The position numbers and the translations under genes are program-made. From IMG/VR virus record IMGVR_UViG_3300037091_000121, positions 3,203 through 67,202 of that record: 64,000 bases of DNA. One strand, given 5' to 3'. Of the stretch, positions 49,174 to 57,280 are shown piece by piece. The first letter of the stretch is position 1. Each line of letters begins with the position of its first letter. A model generated the notes under the pieces. That model worked only from the letters and a program-made list of their open reading frames with translations, was not told the origin of the DNA and searched no databases. Source of the stretch: a virus.

Positions 49174-49872
49174 AACCTTCATCAATGCTGGAGACGACTC
49201 CGCCCGCTCTCTCTTGATGTTAAGTTCGAACGGCTTTGGCTCTGGTGCCTGCCTTGGCTCTGACCGAGGAGGCATATCATTCGATACCGTCGGTCGCTCT
49301 CTCCCTGCTTTGGCAGGATTGGCTTCAGGAGACTTCAAGGTCATAAACGGGTTCAGAGACCTTGGCTTCCCGATTGGCTTCAATGACTTCTCGTTAGGGA
49401 GGTAAGCCTTCGGGCCACCAGGGCCACCTCGCTTACGGGGCGATTCCGGGTTGTTGCTAGGGATCTTCGCTGACGGTTTTTTCCTTCTGGTGTAAACTCT
49501 TGGAGTTGTTTCTGGCGTTAGGGCTTGAACCCCTCCGGTCAATGGCACGGGCGGATCTCCTGACCCAAAAGACACAGGCTTGACCACTGGCTTTCGCCCT
49601 TTCGTTTGACCTAGAGGCTTGTTAAGCAAAGGGGCACTTACTTTTCCAAAACCACCCCTTGTAGGATGAAGACCTTTAGGACCGTTTGGCCCTGGCGGCT
49701 TCATGGCGGGCGCATCGCCAACCCCAGACATCCGACCAAGCACTGACTTCACCTCGGCAGGCTTGCCCTTGACTTTGACGGATAGCTTATTACTATCCTC
49801 TGGCTTCTTCTTGGTGGCTGGTCGCTTCGGGCTTCCGAAGTCTGTTGGTGCTGGCATAGTGGCCCTCCTCAT
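49150..49872 (-). CDS. Basic Lys/Pro-rich protein (start probably ATG ~49857)
   Basis: GAGGAGG RBS before MPAPTDFG; shares the GxGD[AP]P motif with the ejection proteins. Confidence 0.6.
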   Translation of the reverse strand: MRRATMPAPTDFGSPKRPATKKKPEDSNKLSVKVKGKPAEVKSVLGRMSGVGDAPAMKPPGPNGPKGLHPTRGGFGKVSAPLLNKPLGQTKGRKPVVKPVSFGSGDPPVPLTGGVQALTPETTPRVYTRRKKPSAKIPSNNPESPRKRGGPGGPKAYLPNEKSLKPIGKPRSLNPFMTLKSPEANPAKAGRERPTVSNDMPPRSEPRQAPEPKPFELNIKRERAESSPALMKVRMGKGKP

Positions 49873-50030
49873 ACATTATACTCCAAACTGGCACTTGACA
49901 CCAAGGGGCACCCCCGGTATACTCTCCCTGCCTGACAACCAAGGCATTGTCTGGATCTACAATGCAATGCCCGGTGAGGTTCTGCCCTTCAGAGCAGAGC
50001 AACTCAAATCACAGGAGGGCTTCAGCCCTC

Positions 50031-50077
50031 ATAATGCGGCAACTCGGTGGCAAGCCCGAGGGAGGACGCAGAGCCAA
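50031..50077 (+). ncRNA. Twister-like self-cleaving ribozyme 1
   Basis: UAA-UGCG-GC-AA-CUCGG-U-GGC-AA-GC-CCGAG-...-CGCA-GAGCC: P2 UGCG/CGCA, P4 CUCGG/CCGAG, pseudoknots GG/CC and GC/GC. Confidence 0.8.
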
Positions 50078-50156
50078 GAATCAGGCGTTCCTGGGCAGGT
50101 CACGTCGTTGATCGGCTCTGCAGGGCGCAGTCAATCACAGGTGGCCTTCGGGCCAC

Positions 50157-50203
50157 ATAATGCGGCTAACCAGTGGCAAGCCTGGTGGAAGACGCAGAGC
50201 CAA
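50157..50203 (+). ncRNA. Twister-like self-cleaving ribozyme 2
   Basis: Same core with compensatory P4 ACCAG/CUGGU. Confidence 0.8.
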
Positions 50204-50302
50204 AACCTTGTCTGGCCGGGTCCTGTTGGGTCTAGCGATGCGAGGCGAGTCAAATCACAGGAGGGATGGAAACATCCCTCAACTTCCTTCTAAGGAGACA
50301 AA

Positions 50303-50908
50303 ATGGCTGTAAAGAAGAACGACTCGGTAGCTATCCCCGAGTTCAAAACAACAAAGATGCTGGTTCCCATCGTTGGAGTTTCCCCTCTCTTGTGTAATCG
50401 AATTACACAAGAAGTGCTCGAAACTCTTTCTGGCGGAAAGAAAGAGGGCGAAAAGAAGTCAAAGGACAACCGGGGATGGAAGGAGATCGCAATGGATGGG
50501 GCGTATCGTCATCCCAAAACGGGGGCCTACGTATTCCCCTCTTCTGGGCTTATGAACGCTCTGGCATCGGCATCATACCGGATGGGTCTGACCAAGAGCG
50601 CGGTCGAAGTGTTCGCTAATGTCCAGATTGAAGATGAGTGGCTGGACATCCTTGGGCCAGCGCCTCGGGCTCGTCAGGACAGCGGCCGCAACCAGGGCAA
50701 GGGATTGGTCGCTGTGAACCGAGCGGAGTTCCCTTTGGGCTGGCATATCAATGTTCCTGTTCAATTCACTTCCGAGATGAGCGCCAAGAAGCTAGGGATG
50801 CTATTTGAAGCCGCCGGTTTCGGAGTTGGGATTGGATGCTGGAGGCCGGAGAAGAAAGGCCGCTGTGGACGGTTCGTTATTCAGCGCAGTGCTGGAAGCG
50901 ACCTGTGA
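50303..50908 (+). CDS. RAMP/Cas7-fold-like RNA-binding protein 2 (Vipr-like)
   Basis: IVGVSPLLCN, VFPSSGLMNAL, Gly-rich loop GFGVGIGCWRPEKKGRCGRF; TAAGGAG RBS. Confidence 0.75.
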   Translation: MAVKKNDSVAIPEFKTTKMLVPIVGVSPLLCNRITQEVLETLSGGKKEGEKKSKDNRGWKEIAMDGAYRHPKTGAYVFPSSGLMNALASASYRMGLTKSAVEVFANVQIEDEWLDILGPAPRARQDSGRNQGKGLVAVNRAEFPLGWHINVPVQFTSEMSAKKLGMLFEAAGFGVGIGCWRPEKKGRCGRFVIQRSAGSDL

Positions 50909-51417
50909 TGACATACAGGGCGAAGAAGGGATCTGGAATTAGCCACAAGGTCGCCAATGTGGTAGCATTAGAGATGACTCGATTAGACCCGGAAGGGGAT
51001 GGCATCACGGCTCACGCCCTTCACATATCGCAAAAGCCTATTGACATGCCGCTTCACTCAGAGTTTGAGTGGAGGGACGATTTCGCAGGATCGCTTTATC
51101 GTGACAGTCAGGCCAGAGGACTTCTCCGATGTGTATTCCTGGTATCAGATGACGAGGAAGGCACTCCCGCTTATGAAGGCAGGGCTTTTCTGGCAATTAA
51201 GGCTGAAGCCACGGATGATGAAGACGGGGATGATGAGTGCGCAAAGGTCTACAAACCAGCGCTTCTGGTCCTGAAGGACGAGAACCTGTCAACCCAAGTC
51301 ATCGACGATGCTTTGCGTCAACTGAAAGGTTGGCGTGACCGATGGCATTCTTACTCGGAGGTGGCTACTAGGCTTCAGAAAGTCATCTCGGCCATTGATG
51401 AAGTATTTGAACAGTAG
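50908..51417 (+). CDS. Partner protein translationally coupled to RAMP-like gene 2
   Basis: TGATG overlap; motif PLHSEFEWRDDFAGSLYRDSQARGLLR. Confidence 0.7.
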   Translation: MTYRAKKGSGISHKVANVVALEMTRLDPEGDGITAHALHISQKPIDMPLHSEFEWRDDFAGSLYRDSQARGLLRCVFLVSDDEEGTPAYEGRAFLAIKAEATDDEDGDDECAKVYKPALLVLKDENLSTQVIDDALRQLKGWRDRWHSYSEVATRLQKVISAIDEVFEQ

Positions 51418-51430
51418 GTAGATTTAACAA

Positions 51431-51512
51431 GGCGTTTTAGGGCCGGCCCATTCCTTGTATGTCCAGGCAAGTCAAATCAAATCACAGAAGCCCGGAGGAT
51501 ACCTCCGGGCTT
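51431..51512 (+). ncRNA. Family-2 guide-like RNA G4
   Basis: GGCgt TTTag GGCcg GCCca TTCct TGTat GTCca GGCaa GTCaa ATCaa ATCACAG + AAGCCCGGAGG/CCTCCGGGCTT hairpin. Confidence 0.78.
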
Positions 51513-51580
51513 AACCCTATCTTGGGGATTGACAAACAACCCCATTGCCGGTATAACCTTCTACAGTAGGGGTTGCCGAA

Positions 51581-52564
51581 ATGGCTATGAAAACCTACCC
51601 GATGGAGATTGGTCTTCTTTACGAGGATGGCAGCCTATGTGGTTACTACAGCCAGGGCCATCACGACCCGGAGATGTTTGTGGAGGCGGTCTGGCTGAGT
51701 GATGACCGAGAGATCGACGTATCCGAGGTGAAGCACGACTTCCGACGATGGGAGATTTGCTATGGGCCGGATGAGTGGGTGCGCTGCTTGAACACCCCCA
51801 GGGATGGTACCACTCGCAGAGGAGTATTTCCAGTGACTATAGTCGAATGGTACTGATATGAACAACGATGAGGCTAACGCCTTTATGGACGCACGCCGAA
51901 ACGAGCAGCAGTGCCTTATGTTGGACACCTGGGACACCAAGGATGGCGAGAAGAGATTCAATATCTCCTACTGGGCCTGGTCCGAAAAGGGCAAGAAGTT
52001 CCGCATCCACGTGCTAGCCCCAACCCTGGAGATGGCTGCCACCCTGGCTTTGGAAAAAGAGAATAGATTTCGAGATAGCAACAAAATGATTGTCGTGACG
52101 AAATGAAACAATGCGAGATTTGCGGGGCCTTGATTGAGACTAGGAGACAGAAGGCACAGAAGTGCCTTCTGTCTTGGTGCTCGGCTGGATGCTGGAGAAG
52201 AACCATTTGGGCTGGCTGGAAATGACCAAGGAGAACACAAGTGAGCTGGGATATCTACCTAGATATCGACACAGGAGGACCTAAACCCGCACAGGTGTGC
52301 GAGGTTGGGAATATGACGTGGAACGTTGACCCGATGTATGTGAGGGCAATGGGGATTTCACTATCTGAACTAGACGGTCGAATTGCAGGAGATGTGATGG
52401 CACACCTTCGAACCGGACTAACGAATATGGAGGACTGCCCTGACATATACAAGGAAATGAATCCTCCTAACGGGTGGGGAGATTACCACAGCGCTTTGAA
52501 ATACCTTCAGGAGATCACCCATGCATGTGCGCAGCATCCTCGTGCAACGATCAGGGTATGTTAG
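51581..52564 (+). other. Small hypothetical ORFs (51581-51856, 51858-52106, ~52103-52225, 52241-52564)
   Basis: ORF track plus manual translation; promoter TTGACA-N17-TATAAC at 51529-51557. Confidence 0.55.
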
Positions 52565-53092
52565 ATGACCGGATACCCTGACTGGGTTAATCTAGCTCGA
52601 TGGGCTGTCACGAAATACACCAAGAACCGAAAGGACGCCGAGGACATCAATCAGGAGGCCATACTTGGGGCTCTGAAGTCTATTCGTAAGCAGGAAGCGG
52701 GCGGTATCGGAACCTGCTCTCGAAACCAAGCGGTTGTCAAAGGGGCCAGGTGGGCTGCTGCCGAATATCTACGTCAAGGTTTCTACAAGCGTTGTATTCC
52801 AGAGGATAAGGTTGTCGGGTATGACGAGATAGGTTATGATCCACCAGGTGAATCGTTCGAGGATGAGGTGATAGACAAGGTTTTGAATGAATACATCAGG
52901 AATCTTGTTAACACCATCCTGCCTGCAGATCAGAGAGAGGTGATTGAGCGAACATACTGGAATGGGCAAATAGAAACCGAGGTGGCTTCTGCGATGGGAT
53001 ACTCGGTCAACTGGATAAGAGTGCTTAAGCGCAGAGCAAAGGATCGGCTGGCTATGGTTTTGGATCTTGACCAACAAGTCTCGGATAGGTAG
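52565..53092 (+). CDS. Sigma70/ECF-like RNA polymerase sigma factor
   Basis: DAEDINQEA region 2; LPADQREVI..Y......EVA.AMG.S...IR....RA..RL region 4. Confidence 0.8.
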   Translation: MTGYPDWVNLARWAVTKYTKNRKDAEDINQEAILGALKSIRKQEAGGIGTCSRNQAVVKGARWAAAEYLRQGFYKRCIPEDKVVGYDEIGYDPPGESFEDEVIDKVLNEYIRNLVNTILPADQREVIERTYWNGQIETEVASAMGYSVNWIRVLKRRAKDRLAMVLDLDQQVSDR

Positions 53093-53223
53093 ACTAGAGG
53101 AATGGAGATAGACATGCATAGATCATTTGATTTTAGAAAACTACAGGGAGAGGTTGATGAGTGGTCCCTGCGTGTTTGTCGAGAGTGCCATAGGGCTAGG
53201 GAAAATAATCGAAGGAACCACCA

Positions 53224-54180
53224 ATGACTATCAGAACAGATCGGCCCAAGATTTTTCTAACACCTTCTATTGTGGCAATCCTAAAGACTAGGGTCGCAAA
53301 GCCTACATCAAGAATGTCTAATTTGATTAGTCTATGCGACCGGTCAACTGAACCTACGTGGGATATTGGCATCATAAACCACTGCTTGGCATATGTGGTT
53401 ACTGGGAACCCGAAGTATTCGGCTAATGCATACAATCTGATGAGCCAAAGTATGGCTTCCGGTATCGGTCAGGTGACAGGTGACAGTGGCTACCAGGCCA
53501 GGAACCTGTTCCCTGCTGCCTCGGTGGTTCTAGATTGGTGCTACCCGGCCCTGACCGCCGCCCAGAGAACAGCACTGGTCGCCAGTATCGAGATGTGTGC
53601 TGATTGGATCTATCCACGCACCAATCCTTCGAGAGTAGGCCAGTGGGGAGTTGAACAGTATGGGAACAATTACCACGCTGGATTTCAATACACCTGGACG
53701 GCGGGCCTAGCTCTGTATGGAGATAGCGCCAAGGCGCAGGGATACATTGACGAAGGGTTGAGACGGTGGAACAGTGATGTACTGCCCTACCTGAACACCA
53801 CGGCGGCAGGAGGAGCACTTTTGGAGGGTACTAGCTACTCCGTAGACTATCTAGGGATGACAATGCTTCAACTGTTAGCCCATTCAACAGCTACGGACAC
53901 TGACCTGCTAACGCCTCAACTTGCTACTGGGTGGTGTAGTGATGCGATCCGTTGGTTAGCTCACATGACCGCACCGACCATGGACCGTTTAGCCCCAATC
54001 GGTGACCAGACAAAAAATTCTGGAGGAGCGCTTCAAGACGCAGCAAGACTACCTATGTTGATCGCTGCATCGAAGGGTAACCTGGATGCCAAGGCGTGGC
54101 TAGATAACACCATTCCCCCTATCAGCCAGCAGCGACTAAACGCCTGGATTGAGACGCTGTTATACCCGGAGACACTGTAA
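53224..54180 (+). CDS. Polysaccharide lyase-like (heparinase II/III type) N-terminal helical half
   Basis: LDWCY..LT..QR, NNYH, EGTSY, APIGD motifs. Confidence 0.6.
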   Translation: MTIRTDRPKIFLTPSIVAILKTRVAKPTSRMSNLISLCDRSTEPTWDIGIINHCLAYVVTGNPKYSANAYNLMSQSMASGIGQVTGDSGYQARNLFPAASVVLDWCYPALTAAQRTALVASIEMCADWIYPRTNPSRVGQWGVEQYGNNYHAGFQYTWTAGLALYGDSAKAQGYIDEGLRRWNSDVLPYLNTTAAGGALLEGTSYSVDYLGMTMLQLLAHSTATDTDLLTPQLATGWCSDAIRWLAHMTAPTMDRLAPIGDQTKNSGGALQDAARLPMLIAASKGNLDAKAWLDNTIPPISQQRLNAWIETLLYPETL

Positions 54181-55214
54181 TGAGCCTTTCCCTGGATTTC
54201 TACGCCCCTGGCGCTGGCCTGATCTCCTCTCGAACCGATTGGAGCAAGACATCCACACAGCTTATCTTCAACGCAGGCCCTACTGAGGAGAGCCACGAAG
54301 ATAGGGCGCAAGGGGAGTTCCTACTATTCAGAAGCGATTGGCTCTGCGCCGAAGCAAAGCTGGCTTCACACAGCGGGATTGCAGGCGATTGCTCGGACCA
54401 TTGTTGTGTGAGCTTCGGTGGCCAGGCCCAAACGTGGACGCAAGATGGGGTGAAGATCCTAGCAAGCGAATTCACGCCCGCCTACACATTCCTGTCAGCC
54501 AACTTGTCCCCTGCTTACGTAGGGCAATGCACCTCATACCAGAGGTCTTTGTTCTTCCTTAAGGGGGCGGCGTCCCAATACCTGCTAGTGAAGGACGAAT
54601 GGGCAGGAAATACGCAACCGGCTGTCTTCCATTTACAAACTCTAGTTCAGCCGGCGATTGGCATTCTATCCTTCGCAGCGGTATATCCCGGAGCAACGCT
54701 ATTCGGGGTCAATCTCAACATGCCAGACTGGACAAAGACCTCTGTTAGCAAGAGCGTGGATCAGGTTACGCCATCCTGGAGATTGGACTTGCCAGATGGA
54801 GGTGCGAATGAGTTCTGTGTGGCGCTAGAGGCGTCTCCGGCTGCAGCAAGTGGAACCTTAAAAAGTGTAGTGGCCACACCAGGTCTTCGGGGTGTAGGTC
54901 TGGGCTCCGACTTCGCAGCGTGGCTCACCGGACCAGGGCCGTGGAAGTATGTATCGCCTGTTCCTGGCAAGCACTACTTGCTCGGGCTTAAGCCGAACAC
55001 TTCATACACTGTTGATATAGGGGGAAGTCTCAACATGACTAGTAGCAGCGCTGGTGTTCTAGTCATATCGGTAGGAACCGATTCTCGGCCTATTATAGTC
55101 ACTGAAGGCTCGGTGGTGCCGCCGCAACCTCCTACTGCTACAGGGAGAACCTTCCAGATTACCGTTCCCTCGGATGGAAGCGCCGCAACTATAAAGGAAA
55201 TACCCTCGATATAG
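54180..55214 (+). CDS. Heparinase II/III-like C-terminal beta-sandwich half
   Basis: GLISSRTDW, SHEDRAQGEF.L, YQRSLFFL..YLLVKD; TAATG overlap with the upstream gene. Confidence 0.6.
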   Translation: MSLSLDFYAPGAGLISSRTDWSKTSTQLIFNAGPTEESHEDRAQGEFLLFRSDWLCAEAKLASHSGIAGDCSDHCCVSFGGQAQTWTQDGVKILASEFTPAYTFLSANLSPAYVGQCTSYQRSLFFLKGAASQYLLVKDEWAGNTQPAVFHLQTLVQPAIGILSFAAVYPGATLFGVNLNMPDWTKTSVSKSVDQVTPSWRLDLPDGGANEFCVALEASPAAASGTLKSVVATPGLRGVGLGSDFAAWLTGPGPWKYVSPVPGKHYLLGLKPNTSYTVDIGGSLNMTSSSAGVLVISVGTDSRPIIVTEGSVVPPQPPTATGRTFQITVPSDGSAATIKEIPSI

Positions 55215-55226
55215 AAACTCCTGGGG

Positions 55227-56966
55227 CTAGGCGCCCACCCATGAGTAAACGCCTAGCCCCACTGCCGCTCCATTAGCAACAGCGACAATACCTGCCTGAT
55301 TTGGAGCCACTCCAAGAAATGTAGTCCTGCCCTCGACAAGAACATCTAGCCAGTTAATTCCATCGTGAGATACGGAATAGGTTCTGTTAGTAGTCCCGTC
55401 GTCGTGTATCTTAAACCAATTAAACTGCTTTCCAAACATAGTTTTAAGTAAGGGGTTGGATACCCTCGTGTTTGCATCTGACCATTGGGTAACATTTAAA
55501 TTCAAGGTGCTACTGAATACACTCTGCTCAAATGTTATTATTTTACCTCCAGCACTATCTCTCAATGCCAACCCGCCTGCGGTAAATGTAGCGGATATAA
55601 GCCACGTCTCCAGGTGGGTAATCCAAGTGTAAGCCCCAGACGCCAACGTCTTAACCCAGAATTGACCGTGAGACGCTGAAATGTCAGGCGCATTAAGGAA
55701 CCTACTTCCTGCATTGTCTACCAGTGTTGCTGTAGTAACATTTACGGACGTTAAGGACGCCGCCAACGGAGGAGTTGTAAGTTCATTCAATCGACCCCAT
55801 GGCAGCCACGCAGATCCCGACCAACGTGCTACTGATATGCCATTGGTGTAGAAATCTAGGTCTCCGGTGGTTGGAGATCCAGGCTCACTTCCGTATGCCG
55901 TGGCGCTGGTTATATTTCCGCCACTACTGGCCGTAGTCCACGAGGGGTTCGCAGCCGCTCCTTGTGTGGTAAGAACTTGACCTGCCGTTCCGTGGCCCAA
56001 GTTGTTCCACGTAGTAGCCCCTCTAAATAACACATCTCCCTGTGCGGTTCCTGATAGGCTAACGTCAGTCAGCGTGGCGAGACTGTCCGTATCTGCTGGC
56101 AAAGAAGCCCACGTTGGGTTAGCCGCCGCCCCCTGTGTCTCCAGGAACTGACCTGCCGTCCCATGACCAAGGTTATTCCACTGTGTCGCCCCCCGATAGA
56201 GCAAATCGCCTTGAGCCACTCCAGCTAGAGATACATCTCCTAGCCCTGCTAGTGTCCCTGATGACGAGGGAGTCCAGGTGGGATTAGCCCCAGGACCTCC
56301 AGTTGTAAGGACAAACCCTGCGGTTCCTGCGGGGAGGTTATCCCAAAATGATGCGCCGCGATACAGAACGTCCCCTTGTGCGGTTCCTGATAGGGATACG
56401 TCAGACAGAGACGCTAGGCTGCCACCACCGCCAGCAGCAACCCACGAGGCTGACGCACCGGGACCGTTAGAGGACAGAACCTGACCGGCTGTTCCAGCAC
56501 TGCCGTTGGCATCTATCTCGCCATTGGCCTTTACATCGAAGAAAGCCCCGGTCTTAATCTCCCCTGCGGTGAGAAGGCCAGTAACCGTGAGTGGTCCGCT
56601 GATGGTGGAGGTGTTGACGTAGGCAGTTCCGTTGAAAGCGATCAGTTGGCCTAGGGTGGGGGCTGTAAGAGTGAGGGGGGTTCCCTGTAGCTTGCCAACC
56701 GTGTTGCTGACAGCAGGGCCGGTCACGTCCCCACCCAGCATAGGTGATCCACCACCGCCGCCGCCAGAACCGCCTCCTCCACCGCCACTGCCGCCAGAGA
56801 TGTTGATTACCTGACCAGCACTGGCAGCAGCGTTTCTTCCGAAGGTAGTGCTGGCAGCGGTAGGGACGACCCCGCTAATGCGTGTCAGGGAGTCCTCTAG
56901 GTGCCTGACACGGGACTCGTCTGCCGGGTGAGGCATATCCCTGACCCGGCGTGGCTTGAATAGCAT
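55227..56966 (-). CDS. Tail fibre protein with ~53-aa tandem repeats
   Basis: Three copies of L..L.DVSL.G.AQGD.L.RGA..W.NL..GTAG..L.T.G..ANP.W. Confidence 0.75.
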   Translation of the reverse strand: MLFKPRRVRDMPHPADESRVRHLEDSLTRISGVVPTAASTTFGRNAAASAGQVINISGGSGGGGGGSGGGGGGSPMLGGDVTGPAVSNTVGKLQGTPLTLTAPTLGQLIAFNGTAYVNTSTISGPLTVTGLLTAGEIKTGAFFDVKANGEIDANGSAGTAGQVLSSNGPGASASWVAAGGGGSLASLSDVSLSGTAQGDVLYRGASFWDNLPAGTAGFVLTTGGPGANPTWTPSSSGTLAGLGDVSLAGVAQGDLLYRGATQWNNLGHGTAGQFLETQGAAANPTWASLPADTDSLATLTDVSLSGTAQGDVLFRGATTWNNLGHGTAGQVLTTQGAAANPSWTTASSGGNITSATAYGSEPGSPTTGDLDFYTNGISVARWSGSAWLPWGRLNELTTPPLAASLTSVNVTTATLVDNAGSRFLNAPDISASHGQFWVKTLASGAYTWITHLETWLISATFTAGGLALRDSAGGKIITFEQSVFSSTLNLNVTQWSDANTRVSNPLLKTMFGKQFNWFKIHDDGTTNRTYSVSHDGINWLDVLVEGRTTFLGVAPNQAGIVAVANGAAVGLGVYSWVGA

Positions 56967-56971
56967 AGGGG

Positions 56972-57220
56972 TTAGAGGCTTAACGTTCCGGTGAAGTTGA
57001 GCATCCCCGCAGGAACGGTTGTGATCGTAGCTGCAACAGCGTCAACAGTCAGGAACTGGCTGGCAATGTATTGCAACATAGCTGCCTGAGTTGAGAAATT
57101 ATTCAGGTCAGCAGCGCTGAAAACAGCCTGATGATGCTTTCCAGCTACTGTCGCATCAACAGTAACCAGTCCGCCATTTGCGTTTCTATAACCCCCATTG
57201 ACTACCACCGTGACAGCCAT
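56972..57220 (-). CDS. Small virion-associated hypothetical protein
   Basis: ORF with AAGGA RBS upstream of the fibre gene. Confidence 0.5.
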   Translation of the reverse strand: MAVTVVVNGGYRNANGGLVTVDATVAGKHHQAVFSAADLNNFSTQAAMLQYIASQFLTVDAVAATITTVPAGMLNFTGTLSL

Positions 57221-57280
57221 TTCAGTTTCCTTGTCCTTTCATTGGATTAGGGAAAGTTCCCCTGTAACTATTATACCACC

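Larger units (their letters stand above)
49943..50280 (+). ncRNA. Family-2 three-unit guide array (G1 49943-50030, G2 50084-50156, G3 50209-50280)
   Basis: Promoter TTGACA-N17-TATACT at 49895-49923. Each unit has 5-nt-phased NNY-NN repeats, then ATCACAG, then a GC hairpin. Confidence 0.85.

Noticed and set aside
49932-49963. Second promoter CTGACA...TACAAT before guide G1
   Set aside because: The region is part of G1 itself (GGCat TGTct GGAtc TACaa decodes in phase with the target); the consensus promoter is 49895-49923.
49943-50280. CRISPR array
   Set aside because: The repeats are not identical ~30-bp direct repeats, the variable parts have internal 5-nt periodicity, and no cas1/cas2 or nuclease effector was recognised.
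49703-50293. 196-aa ORF with repeated SQ..F.PHNAA..WQA peptide
   Set aside because: The repeats are the guide handle, hairpin and twister units. The ORF spans a promoter and overlaps a minus-strand gene, and conservation fits RNA pairing (compensatory stems).
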